From contig JBAZKN010000002.1 in the NCBI GenBank assembly GCA_041650755.1, positions 5,030 to 69,029 on the forward strand: a stretch of 64,000 nt of DNA. The letters run 5' to 3'. The notes under the pieces are model-generated. The model was not told where the DNA came from. It searched no databases and worked only from the letters and a program-made list of their open reading frames with translations. Each line of letters opens with the position of its first letter. Within the stretch, counting starts at the first letter, position 1. A program made the translations under genes and the position numbers. Shown here in pieces: positions 34,351-44,090 of the stretch. The DNA is from Patescibacteria group bacterium. Its GTDB lineage: Bacteria; Patescibacteriota; Patescibacteriia; UBA1558; GWA2-36-10.

Positions 34351-35613
34351 ATGTCGACCATGCTGCAATCCCAGGTCATCGAAAGGCTTCTGAAGTACGC
34401 GCGGGTCAACACCCGTTCGCTTCAGGCCATGCCGGGCGAGGAGCTCCCTCACCCAAGCAGTCCGGAGCAGGTGGTCTTGATCGACCTGTTGCTCTCCGAG
34501 CTGTCCGACATGGGGGTGCCGTCCAACTGGACCAGGAAGCTCGAAGACGCTTCGTTCCTGATCGAGATCCCCGCGACCGAGGGCCACGAGAACGCCCCGC
34601 ACGTCGTTCTGGCTGCGCACGTGGACACCTACTTCGGCTGTCCCGGCGGGGCCAACCCGATCATCCACGAGTACCAGGGCGGCGACATCGCGCTCCCGAA
34701 CGACAACGTGGTCATCCCGGCCTCGGACCTTGCCGGTCTCGAGGGCAAGGGGATCATCACCGCTGACGGCACCACGCTGCTCGGTGGCGACGACAAGTGC
34801 GGAGTCGCGGCCATCATGACCTTCATCGAGAGCATGCTGGCTCACAATCTGCCGCACGGTCCGCTGACCATCTGGATCTGTACCGACGAGGAGGTCGGCG
34901 AGGTCGGCGTGAAGTTCCTGCCTTCGGGCACGGCGGAGAAGTGGGACTTCTTCTGGACCGTGGACGGGGAGCGTCTCGAAGTCGTGGACATTGGCTGTTT
35001 CTACGGCTCCTCGGTCGACGTCGAGTTCATCGGCAACGATTCCCATCCGGGTGTCTCCGGCCACTCGCTCAAGCCCGCCCACTACGCCGCCTGTCGCTTC
35101 GTGGATCAGCTCGGCCTGGCGCCGACGCCCTGGCGGACCAGCGGCGAGGAGTCGTTCATCTACGTGCCCTCTCTGCCCGCCTGCACGGCCGGCAAGTCGA
35201 CGATCAAGGTCTTCCCGCGTACCTTCCGCCAGGAAGAGATCCCTGAGATGCGGGAGACGATCCGGCTCGTGGCCGAGGAGGCGGCTTCGCACTACGGCGT
35301 CCAGGCCGTGGTCAGTGAGGCCAAGATCCTCTACGTCTCCACCGAGGTCGCGATCGACCAGAACCGCCACCTGTTGCAGCCGGGTCTGGACGCGATCCGG
35401 AAGTTCTGGGTCGAGCCCAAGCTGCATCGCGTGCGCGCTGGCACCGACGGCGCCATGCTGAACATGACGTACCCGAAGATCCCGTCGCCGAACATGGGAG
35501 CCGGGGCCCGCAACTTGCACGGCGTTCGCGAGTTCGTCGTGCGGGAAGAGCTCCAGCTCGTCCCGGAGATCATCTCCGAGATGATCGGAATCTACGCGAC
35601 CATGTCGCGCTGA
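34351..35613 (+). CDS. M20-family peptidase (peptidase T/PepT-like tripeptidase), high-GC cassette H cargo
   Basis: HVDT, GGDDKCGVAAIM, TDEEVGE, GTDGA and NLHGVREF motifs of M20B. GC about 62%. SD AAGGAGG 9 nt before the ATG at 34351. Confidence 0.75.
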   Translation: MSTMLQSQVIERLLKYARVNTRSLQAMPGEELPHPSSPEQVVLIDLLLSELSDMGVPSNWTRKLEDASFLIEIPATEGHENAPHVVLAAHVDTYFGCPGGANPIIHEYQGGDIALPNDNVVIPASDLAGLEGKGIITADGTTLLGGDDKCGVAAIMTFIESMLAHNLPHGPLTIWICTDEEVGEVGVKFLPSGTAEKWDFFWTVDGERLEVVDIGCFYGSSVDVEFIGNDSHPGVSGHSLKPAHYAACRFVDQLGLAPTPWRTSGEESFIYVPSLPACTAGKSTIKVFPRTFRQEEIPEMRETIRLVAEEAASHYGVQAVVSEAKILYVSTEVAIDQNRHLLQPGLDAIRKFWVEPKLHRVRAGTDGAMLNMTYPKIPSPNMGAGARNLHGVREFVVREELQLVPEIISEMIGIYATMSR

Positions 35614-35760
35614 TCCGCCATCGTGAGAGGTTCGCAACCCAAACTGCCGTCTCAACAATCCTTGCAGGTGAGAGATGGCGTTTTCATTTATTTAAAATTG
35701 TAGATAGGGTATATGATAAGTATTTGAAATTAGTATAGTCCCGATACGTTTTACGACGCG

Positions 35761-35804
35761 ACCCCATCGAAGATCCTGAGCGAACGTAGTGAGTCGAAGG
35801 ATCA
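35761..35804 (+). repeat. 44-bp direct repeat, right copy; attR-like
   Basis: Perfect match to 34043-34086. Followed by tcaccc..gggtgg ttttttg terminator-like hairpin. Confidence 0.85.
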
Positions 35805-35868
35805 CAAAATCACCCTGAGCGTAGTCGAATGGGTGGTTTTTTGATATAATGGAGAAAATAAATTCACC

Positions 35869-36105
35869 ATGAAATACTTTGTGATAATTGCTATAAGTAT
35901 GATTTGGGCTGGCGTTATTGCCTTTTATTTTATAATGAAGAAATATTCAACTAAAGAGGAATTGGCTAATTGGAAATATGTGCCTATTTTAAATCTTTGG
36001 TCTACAAACTGGGGTTTTGTTAAAAGGTATTGGAAAACTTTTATTATTGCATGGTTCATAGTATTGATAGTTGCGTTATGGTGGTCATTAACTAAAAATT
36101 CATAA
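35869..36105 (+). CDS. Small membrane protein (78 aa)
   Basis: Two hydrophobic helices. AT-rich host-like codons. Confidence 0.45.
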   Translation: MKYFVIIAISMIWAGVIAFYFIMKKYSTKEELANWKYVPILNLWSTNWGFVKRYWKTFIIAWFIVLIVALWWSLTKNS

Positions 36106-36142
36106 TATTAATTTATAATCATTATTTTTATTGGGTCTTATT

Positions 36143-36172
36143 AAAAAACCCTCAGGTGACGCGAGGGTTTTT
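36143..36172. terminator. Bidirectional terminator
   Basis: aaaaaaccctc aggtgacgc gagggttttt. Confidence 0.7.
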
Positions 36173-36178
36173 ATAAAA

Positions 36179-36448
36179 TTATATATTATCCTGTTTGTCT
36201 TTTTGGCTGTTAGCCTTAATTATCGGCAAAAAATACATGATCAATCCAGATATAGCCATGCCCAACAATAATATACCAAAGATAATGCTCATCTGGTTGT
36301 GCAGATATTGAGCTAAGCTAAAATTTAAAAAATCAAACAAGTGGGGGTATTTTAGGATTAGGCCAGTAATCATCATGATTAGGCCTGAGCAGGCCGTGAC
36401 CAGAGTCAGATAGCGGTGAACCTTTCTAGATATTAGATAGATATTCAT
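36179..36448 (-). CDS. Small membrane protein (89 aa)
   Basis: Three hydrophobic segments. Confidence 0.45.
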   Translation of the reverse strand: MNIYLISRKVHRYLTLVTACSGLIMMITGLILKYPHLFDFLNFSLAQYLHNQMSIIFGILLLGMAISGLIMYFLPIIKANSQKDKQDNI

Positions 36449-36457
36449 AGAAATAAA

Positions 36458-36868
36458 TTATGGAGTGTATTGATCACCTATTTGGCCAATGAATAATTGT
36501 CCGAGAGCATTGATAGCTTTACTGCTCTGATGTTTTTCCTGGCTGGAAAATTGTCCGCTTACGTCTTGGCCGCAATATGGCACGATCAATTGATCGGGTC
36601 GGGGGTGTTGGTCTAAATAATTGGTAGCGTCATAAACTTTATTATTGATAATCAGCCAGCAGTCGTTGCTAGTGTCGTGCTTAGCCACTTCAGCGGCAGA
36701 TAGGGTGCTTTGGCTGCCTGGGTTAATGTTGTTTACCTGATTGTTGTTGGTTAAATTAAAATTCGGCAAATTTTTGCCAGCTTGATTTTTGTAGTGCACA
36801 GCCATGGCTATTGCAAATATTACTACAGCCACGGTTATTAATACGCCAATAATCAGTTCTTTTTTCAT
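36458..36868 (-). CDS. Membrane-anchored cytochrome b5-like heme-binding domain protein
   Basis: KVYDATNYLDQHP resembles the cyt-b5 VYDVTxFxxxHPGG motif. Start at MKKELIIGVL (36868). Confidence 0.45.
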   Translation of the reverse strand: MKKELIIGVLITVAVVIFAIAMAVHYKNQAGKNLPNFNLTNNNQVNNINPGSQSTLSAAEVAKHDTSNDCWLIINNKVYDATNYLDQHPRPDQLIVPYCGQDVSGQFSSQEKHQSSKAINALGQLFIGQIGDQYTP

Positions 36869-36982
36869 AATAAAATTTAATCTTAGCTTTATTATATAAT
36901 ACGCCGGGGTAATAGACAATATTTCATGCGCCGCTTACCTTTACCATGGTTTTTTGCTATACTTAATCAATAAAATATAAAC

Positions 36983-37588
36983 ATGAAAAAATCCATCTTA
37001 TTAGTTTTAGCGCCGGTTATTATTTCTGGCTGCACATTGATTCCCAAAGGGATTGAGCGCCCAAATAACGCGAATACGTCAGCGGAAGTAAATGCGAAAT
37101 GTAAAGAAGAGTGCCTTGCTAGTACAGCCGATAACCGTTGCCGTTTTGGCACGCCCACCGGCGGCGAATTTATCAACGGGGAGTGTAAGTGTCATTGCTA
37201 TGAAACGCCGCCGCCAACCAATCAGCCAAATGCCGGCACAAATAATCCGGCTTCAGTAAATTGCCTTCAAAAAGGTGGCCGGGTAGAAATTAGGCAAGCC
37301 AAGAATGGTCAGTATGGTGTTTGTCTTTTTGACGATAATCGTCAATGCGAAGAATGGGCTCTCTTACGGGGCGAATGTCCGGCAGGCGGCCTAAAGATTA
37401 CTGGTTATGAAAATGAAGCTGAAATTTATTGCGCGATTACAGGTGGCGAGGTTCAGGGTGTGGGCACGGCCACTCCGATGTGCAAGCGTATTGATGGTAC
37501 ACTTTGTAATGCTCAGGCTAATATGGATGGCGATTGCCCAAATCCGTATGATCCTAATCCAAGTGCCGGAAATATCGAAACCCCATAA
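36983..37588 (+). CDS. Lipoprotein with two DUF333 (COG3042 putative hemolysin-like) domains
   Basis: Lipobox IISGC. NPASVNCLQKGGRVEIR ... CLFDDNRQCEEWALLRGEC, with a second repeat CAITGGEVQG ... CNAQANMDGDCPNP. Confidence 0.6.
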   Translation: MKKSILLVLAPVIISGCTLIPKGIERPNNANTSAEVNAKCKEECLASTADNRCRFGTPTGGEFINGECKCHCYETPPPTNQPNAGTNNPASVNCLQKGGRVEIRQAKNGQYGVCLFDDNRQCEEWALLRGECPAGGLKITGYENEAEIYCAITGGEVQGVGTATPMCKRIDGTLCNAQANMDGDCPNPYDPNPSAGNIETP

Positions 37589-37792
37589 AATTATTAATTA
37601 TAAATTATATGAATAAAAACAGCGGAGTATCAGGGGGCATTTATGGTTTAGCTTTTATTGGCGCCTTGATTTATAACATTCAACATTCCAATACTTTCTG
37701 GTTGGGGGTGCTGGGATTTCTTAAGGCCCTAGTCTGGCCAGCTTTTCTGGTCTATAAATTAATGGGTTTTTTAGGTATGTAGATTTAACAAA

Positions 37793-37826
37793 AAAACACC
37801 CCGCATTTGATGCGGGATGTTTTTTA
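37793..37826. terminator. Bidirectional terminator
   Basis: aaaaaacaccccgcatttgatgcgggatgtttttt. Confidence 0.7.
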
Positions 37827-37836
37827 TTTCAAAGAT

Positions 37837-38949
37837 TTATTTATTGTGTCCTTTACCATTGCCAGATGATTGTTTTGGCATAGCTTGTTTTAAGTTGCCA
37901 TTGAACTTAGCCATTTTTTGTTGTAGTCTATTTTTTAGAATATGGATTGGGTTGCGATCATTTTCACGATTTTTTTCACACCAATCATCGCACTTGCATT
38001 CACATTGGCATCTTTGATTGTTGTTTCTACCCAACGTGGTTACTGAAATAATACTAGAGTTTGGGGAGACATTGCCAGCCGCATCATAGGCTTTGACAAA
38101 GTAAGAGTAGGTGGTAGATGCAGTTAGACGGATGTCGTTATAATGGGGATTTTTAACTTGAGCAATTTGGATTCCATCTCTAAATACTTTATAGCCAACC
38201 ACAGCTAGATCATCGGTTGAAGTTGACCATTTTAGATTGACGTGCTGGAAAGAGACCACATGGGCGACTAAATTAGTTGGTGCATTAGGTATAGTCGTGT
38301 CAGTGGGGTTTGCCAAGGTTATAGCCGAGACAGTATTGGAGGCAGTTGATATGTTGCCAGCCGCATCATAGGTTTTTACAAAAAAGCTATAGGTAGTAGA
38401 AGCAGTTAGACCAGTGTTATTGAAAGTAGTATCGGTTGATGTGGCAATTTGTATATTATTTCTAAATATTTTATAGCCAGCTACTCCAATATTATCAGTA
38501 GCAGCGGTCCAGCTCAAATTTATTTGGGAAGAAGACACTGTGTTGGCGACTAGGTTAGTTGGCGCACTGGGCACAGTCAAATCAACGGGCATAGCCAGAG
38601 TCGTAGTTGATACTGGATTAGAAAAATCCGATTTATTACCAGCCACATCATAGGCCTTAATAGCATAGGTATAAGTAGTAGAGGCTGTCAGTCCCAAGTC
38701 GTTGAATGTGGTGGTAGCTACATTGGCGACTCCAAGACCATTTCTAAATATACTATAACCAGCTACTCCAATATTATCAGTAGCAGCGGTCCAGTTCAAA
38801 TTTATTTGGGAGTTTGAAACTGCAGTGGCCGCTAAATTAGTTGGTATAGATGGAGGAGTGGTGTCATCCACAGCTAGAGCGGACTTGATAAGTGTCAAAG
38901 AGGAGTAGGCAGCTACGAGTACGCCCAAGATTAAAAGTATTTTTTTCAT
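37837..38949 (-). CDS. Secreted protein with four fibronectin type III-like repeats and a C-terminal Cys/charged tail
   Basis: Four repeats of about 90 aa (PTNLxAxxVSxxQINLxWTAATDNIGVAGYxIFRNG). Signal peptide. Tail QRCQCECKCDDWCEKNREND. Confidence 0.7.
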   Translation of the reverse strand: MKKILLILGVLVAAYSSLTLIKSALAVDDTTPPSIPTNLAATAVSNSQINLNWTAATDNIGVAGYSIFRNGLGVANVATTTFNDLGLTASTTYTYAIKAYDVAGNKSDFSNPVSTTTLAMPVDLTVPSAPTNLVANTVSSSQINLSWTAATDNIGVAGYKIFRNNIQIATSTDTTFNNTGLTASTTYSFFVKTYDAAGNISTASNTVSAITLANPTDTTIPNAPTNLVAHVVSFQHVNLKWSTSTDDLAVVGYKVFRDGIQIAQVKNPHYNDIRLTASTTYSYFVKAYDAAGNVSPNSSIISVTTLGRNNNQRCQCECKCDDWCEKNRENDRNPIHILKNRLQQKMAKFNGNLKQAMPKQSSGNGKGHNK

Positions 38950-39161
38950 AAGTTTTATTTAATTATTATAGGAGAAAGTATTATCCTTTCATGAAATTAA
39001 TACAAAATAACCCCCTTTTTGTTACAAGTAGGGTTTGGGGTATTATAATGAGAAATATTTAATATTTTAGCTAATTTTAGTCAAAATATTATTAAAATTA
39101 GACAAGGAAAAATATTCTGCTATATTAGATATATTAGACACGCAACAAAAAGGCGATTTAT

Positions 39162-39668
39162 TTGTATATTATTATGGGATTTAGTCAGGACAATTTTATA
39201 GCCCATTACGAAAAATACAAAGATAAAATATATGTATATTTTTTGTATCGAGTCGGCTTTAATAGGGAAACAGCCGAGGACCTGACCTCCGAAGTGTTTT
39301 TGAAAGCTCTCAAGAGTTTTTCGACCTTTGACCAAAATAGATCTTTTCAGTCATGGATTTATGCCATTGCTCATAATCATTTGGTTAATCATTATCGAGT
39401 AGCTAATCGCGAAGTGGAGCTGACGGAAAATGTTTCCATCACCCAAAGCGACCACAAAAAAATAGAGCTAGGATATGAGCTAGAGTTGATTTTAAAAGAA
39501 ATAAATAAAATGGAAGCCAACGACAGAGATATTTTATTGCTGCGCTTTGTGGATCAGCTGGATAATTCTGAAATAGCCGAGCTTTTGGGCAAAGAAGAAG
39601 GAGCAGTCCGCACCAAAATTAGTCGCAGCTTGGCAAAGTTAAGAGAAAAATTAGACGGACATGGATAA
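39162..39668 (+). CDS. ECF-type sigma-70 factor
   Basis: Region 2 (ETAEDLTSEVFLKALKSFSTFD...SWIYAIAHNHLVNHYR) and region 4 HTH (DNSEIAELLGKEEGAVRTKISRSLAKLRE). Confidence 0.8.
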   Translation: MYIIMGFSQDNFIAHYEKYKDKIYVYFLYRVGFNRETAEDLTSEVFLKALKSFSTFDQNRSFQSWIYAIAHNHLVNHYRVANREVELTENVSITQSDHKKIELGYELELILKEINKMEANDRDILLLRFVDQLDNSEIAELLGKEEGAVRTKISRSLAKLREKLDGHG

Positions 39669-40524
39669 TTTAGAAAAAAATTTATTAAACCTACCCAAAC
39701 CCAACTTAGGTAGAAACACGGATTTAAAAATCAGATCAAAAATCCGCTGGTTTGTTTTTTTCAAGAATTTGCGGGTAGCCCTTGATCTGCCGATACCCAA
39801 GACCCCGATTTTACGACCAATATTTTTGAGCTTGCTAATCGTGGCTGTTATTTTTGGCTCAACGGCGGCTTATGCATATGCTAATGATAGCGTAACCATA
39901 GGTAGCGCCCTGTATCCGCTCAAGAAGGCAGTCGAAAACGTCCAGCAGAATTTGTCCTTGACCAAAAATTCAAAAGTTGATACTTTAAATAATTTTTCAG
40001 AAAGAAGGCTAAAAGAGGCGGTGAATTTAGTTGAAGAAAACCAGCAAAATGATAGAATTGATCAGCAAGCGGTAGCCAGTAATAATATTCAAGCAACCAT
40101 TGATGAAGCCGTTAATAATATTGATTCAGCTGTCAAAACTTCCCAAGAAATAGTTGATGTCAAGGCTGCGCAAAGAGCCAAGGATAAGATCAAGAAAAAG
40201 AATGAGGCCATTGTTCAATACTTGGATAATATTGAAAAAATTGCCGATATCAATCAAAACAAAGAAGTTATCAATAAAGTAAATGAGGCCAAAAGGGCCA
40301 TTGATAAATACAACGCAGTGTTGGATAAAGGCAATAAACACAAAAAGTCCGACAATGGAACTTCGGGCAGGGATAATGATTCTGTCCAGAATCCAGTCCC
40401 ACAAAACCTTAATACGCAAAGTGATTTTCCCAAGCGTGATACGGGCAGCCAAAACAAATCGGCTGATAAGCTGGAAAGAAATATAAACATGAGTGAGAGG
40501 GACTATTCTCATTTACCAAGATAA
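39661..40524 (+). CDS. Single-pass membrane protein with extracytoplasmic coiled-coil region (putative anti-sigma partner)
   Basis: Overlaps the sigma gene stop. TM segment at aa 55-75. Low-complexity Q/N/K-rich extracellular part. Confidence 0.5.
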   Translation: MDNLEKNLLNLPKPNLGRNTDLKIRSKIRWFVFFKNLRVALDLPIPKTPILRPIFLSLLIVAVIFGSTAAYAYANDSVTIGSALYPLKKAVENVQQNLSLTKNSKVDTLNNFSERRLKEAVNLVEENQQNDRIDQQAVASNNIQATIDEAVNNIDSAVKTSQEIVDVKAAQRAKDKIKKKNEAIVQYLDNIEKIADINQNKEVINKVNEAKRAIDKYNAVLDKGNKHKKSDNGTSGRDNDSVQNPVPQNLNTQSDFPKRDTGSQNKSADKLERNINMSERDYSHLPR

Positions 40525-40627
40525 AATAATAAAACATCTAAAACAACTTTGCACCGGACAGTACAGAGTTGTTTTTTTATTGATTTTTTTGTTATACTAG
40601 CTAAGTTGATTATTTGATCGAAAAAAT

Positions 40628-42139
40628 ATGCATCAAGATTTACTAGACAAATTTTTACAAGACAAGCGATGTCTTGCCGTAGTTTGCAACCAGTGGGGTG
40701 ATACTGGCAAGGGCAAGCTGGTGGATCTTTTATCCACTTGGGCTGATATTATTATTCGTGGCACCGGTGGAGCCAACGCCGGACACACCATTGTAGTGGG
40801 CAACCAGAAACACATTTTTCATCTTTTGCCTTCAGGGATTTTGCACGATCTGGCTGGCAAAATAAACGTGATTGGCCGCGGCGTGGCTTTTGATCCGCAA
40901 GCCGTGATAGATGAGCTAAATATTTTGCAGACCGCCGGCAGTGATGTGAAAAATTTAAAGATCAGCCATCAGGCGCCGCTTATTTTGCCCTATCATATTT
41001 TGGTAGATAGGATTGGCGATAAAGAGCAAAAGATCGGGACAACCGGCAGAGGTATTGGGCCGCTCTATACCGACTACGCTGCCCGCCAAACTATTTTTGT
41101 AAACGATATTTTTAATCAGGAAGTTTTTAGAGAAAAATTGACCAAGTATTTAGCCGGTAAACAAAATGTTTTGCTTGGTCTTGATAAAAATATAGCTAAA
41201 GAAGTTTTATCCCATCCGCATTTAGGTGGCGGAATCTATTTTAACAGCGAAACAATTTTGGATATAGAGGCTATTGTAGAAAAATACACCGGAGATTTTG
41301 CCGTCAGGCTAAAGCCATATATTATTGATTTAGAAAATTTCGTCCGAAAGGCTTTGGCTGACAATAAAAAGATTCTTCTGGAAGGCGCCCAGGGCGCATT
41401 ATTAAGTGTTGATCATGGCACTACCAAATACCAGACTTCTTCAGACTGCACTATAGCCGGCCTGGCCAAGGGAGCAGCTTTGAGAGAAAATCAAGTTGAC
41501 CATGTTTTTGGTATTGCCAAGGCATTTTATATGACTAGAGTCGGGCACGGGCCATTTCCCAGTGAGTTTGGTGGCCGGGAAAGCGAGGAGTATTGTGAAC
41601 GCGGCATTACTCGAGAGCAGGAAAAAGCTGATCACGCCAATAAAATAGATGAGTATATAAATTCAGGAGACCAACTAAAGACGGGCATAGCAGTGCGTTT
41701 ATTGGGGGATGAATACGGGGCAACTACTGGCCGGACTCGTCGCAATGGCTGGCTAGATTTAGTAGCTCTTAAATATGCCATGGGGTACAATAGCCATAGT
41801 TTAGCCTTGACCAAGGTAGATGTTTTGGATAAATTTAAAAAAATAAAATTATGTATAGCCTATAAATATATCGGCCCAAATATTTTTTATGCTGGTAGAG
41901 AATTAAAGACCGGTCAGCAAATAGATTTTTTTCCGCGTTTTTCAGAAATTTTATATAATTGCGAGCCAGTCTATCAGGAGTTTGACGGCTGGCAGACAGC
42001 TATTTCCAGTATAGAAGATTATGCTACCCTACCCCAAGCCATAAAAACCATAGTGGAATTTATTGAACAATATACTGTCGGTAAAATTAATATTATTTCT
42101 GTGGGGCCAGATAGACAGCAGACCATTTTAAAGATATAA
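40628..42139 (+). CDS. purA: Adenylosuccinate synthetase with a ~50-aa internal insertion
   Basis: QWGDTGKGKLVDLL, GHTIVVG, GTTGRGIGP, and GATTGRTRRNGWLD...SVGPDR. 503 aa against a typical length of about 430. Confidence 0.85.
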   Translation: MHQDLLDKFLQDKRCLAVVCNQWGDTGKGKLVDLLSTWADIIIRGTGGANAGHTIVVGNQKHIFHLLPSGILHDLAGKINVIGRGVAFDPQAVIDELNILQTAGSDVKNLKISHQAPLILPYHILVDRIGDKEQKIGTTGRGIGPLYTDYAARQTIFVNDIFNQEVFREKLTKYLAGKQNVLLGLDKNIAKEVLSHPHLGGGIYFNSETILDIEAIVEKYTGDFAVRLKPYIIDLENFVRKALADNKKILLEGAQGALLSVDHGTTKYQTSSDCTIAGLAKGAALRENQVDHVFGIAKAFYMTRVGHGPFPSEFGGRESEEYCERGITREQEKADHANKIDEYINSGDQLKTGIAVRLLGDEYGATTGRTRRNGWLDLVALKYAMGYNSHSLALTKVDVLDKFKKIKLCIAYKYIGPNIFYAGRELKTGQQIDFFPRFSEILYNCEPVYQEFDGWQTAISSIEDYATLPQAIKTIVEFIEQYTVGKINIISVGPDRQQTILKI

Positions 42140-42163
42140 AGTATTTATTATCACCATCTATGG

Positions 42164-42190
42164 TGAAATAAAAATTTCAGCATTTGCGTA
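42164..42190 (+). promoter_or_regulatory. ECF (sigmaW-like) promoter TGAAAT-N17-CGTATTAA upstream of the ECF sigma gene; transcript effectively leaderless
   Basis: tgaaat aaaaatttcagcatttg cgtattaa. The ATG lies about 9 nt after the -10. The same bipartite motif recurs at 43491 and 44091. Confidence 0.6.
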
Positions 42191-42199
42191 TTAATACAT

Positions 42200-42778
42200 A
42201 TGGTGAGCGAACAGATCGTGGCTGATAAAACCGATATAGAGCTAGTCAGACTGACCTTGGCCAATCAAGAGAATTTTTTGTATTTGGTCAATCGTTATGA
42301 CCAAAAACTCCTAAAGTTTATCAAGAGAATATCTGGTCTAAATAAAGAAGATGCCGAAGATTTATTACAAGAAGTATTTATAAAAGTTTATCAGAATCTA
42401 AATGATTTTGATCAGAACTTAAAATTTTCTTCTTGGCTTTACCGTATAGCGCATAATCAGGTGATCAGTAATTATCGTAAAAATAAAAGCCGGCCAAGAA
42501 TGTCTTTATTTGATTTGGATTTAGAGTCGTGTGAGCAGTTGGTTAGTGATTTTGATATCAATCATAATGTCGATCAGCAAATTTTGCGGGAAAAAATAAC
42601 CACCGTTTTACGGGGCTTAGACTGGAAATATCGTGAGGTGATGATTTTAAAGTACCTAGAAGATAAAAGCTATGAGGAAATTTCCGATATTATCAAAAAA
42701 CCGGCTAGTACGGTCGGTACCCTATTACGACGGGGTAAAAAAATCCTTCGACAAGAGCTAAAAAAAGAAAATATATGA
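42200..42778 (+). CDS. ECF-type sigma-70 factor (second copy)
   Basis: Region 2 DAEDLLQEVFIKVYQNL...SWLYRIAHNQVISNYRKN and region 4 YEEISDIIKKPASTVGTLLRRGKKILRQEL. Confidence 0.8.
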   Translation: MVSEQIVADKTDIELVRLTLANQENFLYLVNRYDQKLLKFIKRISGLNKEDAEDLLQEVFIKVYQNLNDFDQNLKFSSWLYRIAHNQVISNYRKNKSRPRMSLFDLDLESCEQLVSDFDINHNVDQQILREKITTVLRGLDWKYREVMILKYLEDKSYEEISDIIKKPASTVGTLLRRGKKILRQELKKENI

Positions 42779-43485
42779 ATAATTTTGGTCAACAAATTTT
42801 GACGGAAATAAAAGAGCATAATATTCAGCCCAAAAAACGCTGGGAGTTTTTGTTTAAGAATATTATTCTTTGGGTCATCTTGATTTCGGCTATTTTTTTA
42901 GCCAGTCTAGCTAGTTCGGTCACGATTTTTATGCTCAAGCATGCAGTGGGATCTACTTATATACCAGATTTTCATCCACTCAAAAGATTATTGCTAGATT
43001 TGCCATTTTTTTGGCTAGTCAGCCTGGCATTATTTTCTTTGCTGGCCTGGTATGATTTTAAAAACACCAAGCGCGGCTACAAATACCATACTTGGGTGAT
43101 AGTGATCGGCAGCTTGCTGGTGAGCATTGTTTTGGGTGCTGTTATTTATCAGGCCGGCGTGGGTGAAAGGCTAGAGGATGTATTTTTTAGGCGCGTGCCT
43201 TTTTATAAAGAGATGTTTAGAAGGGGTGGCAGGATTTTAGTCGAGCCAGATAAAGGGCATTTGGCTGGAGTAGTAAGATCAGTGGCGTCCGATGCTATTA
43301 CCGTGGAGGATTTTAAAGGAGATGTCTGGGTTATCAACACTAGTACTAGCCAGTTTCGTGTTGGCCAGAGAGTGATGTTGATCGGCAAAATAGGAGATGA
43401 CGATAGGTTTGTTTGCGAGAGCATTAAGCCTTGGCTTAAACCGCAGGGTCATGTGGCCCCACCACCAATGTTTCCGCGGCCATAA
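42775..43485 (+). CDS. Polytopic membrane protein overlapping the sigma gene stop (putative anti-sigma factor)
   Basis: 4-nt overlap (ATGA). Short cytoplasmic N-terminus, four TM segments and a C-terminal soluble domain. Confidence 0.5.
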   Translation: MNNFGQQILTEIKEHNIQPKKRWEFLFKNIILWVILISAIFLASLASSVTIFMLKHAVGSTYIPDFHPLKRLLLDLPFFWLVSLALFSLLAWYDFKNTKRGYKYHTWVIVIGSLLVSIVLGAVIYQAGVGERLEDVFFRRVPFYKEMFRRGGRILVEPDKGHLAGVVRSVASDAITVEDFKGDVWVINTSTSQFRVGQRVMLIGKIGDDDRFVCESIKPWLKPQGHVAPPPMFPRP

Positions 43486-43490
43486 TTATT

Positions 43491-43517
43491 TGAAATAATT
43501 TTTATTTGTTTGGCGTA
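43491..43517 (+). promoter_or_regulatory. ECF (sigmaW-like) promoter TGAAAT-N17-CGTATAAT
   Basis: tgaaat aatttttatttgtttgg cgtataat. Confidence 0.6.
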
Positions 43518-43573
43518 TAATCTAGTGTCGAAGGAATTTGGCCAATTCCTATTAACTATTAATCAAATAAATT

Positions 43574-44023
43574 ATGGACAAAAAAAGATATTTACTAGTA
43601 GCATTTTTGGGGCTATTGATCACTACGGTAGCGGTCGGGGCAACCACTTTAGCTTTTGGTGGCCGAGCTAACCTTGGCGCCAATGGAAATAGCCAGACAT
43701 GGCCAGCTAAAGAGCAGCGACAAGCCCCCGCGAACATGCAAGCTATCACCAATAATGATTATAATTCTTGGGCAGCGTCTATGACGACTCGAGTGGCTGA
43801 AATGCGCCAGCAAGCTAGTGATTTGGAAGCCAAAATAAATCAGGAGACTTTCAACAAACTAGTGCAGGCTCATGAGCTTATGCAAGCCGGCAAGCAAGAT
43901 GAGGCTAAAGCTATCTTTGACGAATTGGGCATGTTCGGCCCATTTGGCGGGCGCATGGGAGATAAGGGCATGGGCCACGGACCAAATGCAGCTAGTACAA
44001 ATACTGGGCAAACAACTGAATAA
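43574..44023 (+). CDS. Secreted low-complexity protein (149 aa)
   Basis: Signal peptide followed by a Q/A/G/N-rich sequence. Under the ECF-type promoter. Confidence 0.5.
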   Translation: MDKKRYLLVAFLGLLITTVAVGATTLAFGGRANLGANGNSQTWPAKEQRQAPANMQAITNNDYNSWAASMTTRVAEMRQQASDLEAKINQETFNKLVQAHELMQAGKQDEAKAIFDELGMFGPFGGRMGDKGMGHGPNAASTNTGQTTE

Positions 44024-44047
44024 TTTTTTAGCAAAAAACTCACCTCT

Positions 44048-44086
44048 AAAATCCAGCCCCGAGTAACTCATAAGGGCTGGATTTTA
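44048..44086 (+). terminator. Intrinsic terminator (12-bp stem aaaatccagccc / gggctggatttt)
   Basis: Read directly from the sequence. Overlaps the next promoter's -35 region. Confidence 0.75.
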
Positions 44087-44090
44087 GGTT

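Noticed and set aside
34333-35658. 441-aa minus-strand ORF plus several 150-aa alternate-frame ORFs across the PepT-like gene
   Set aside because: The M20 motifs occur only in the plus frame beginning at 34351. The other frames are GC-driven.
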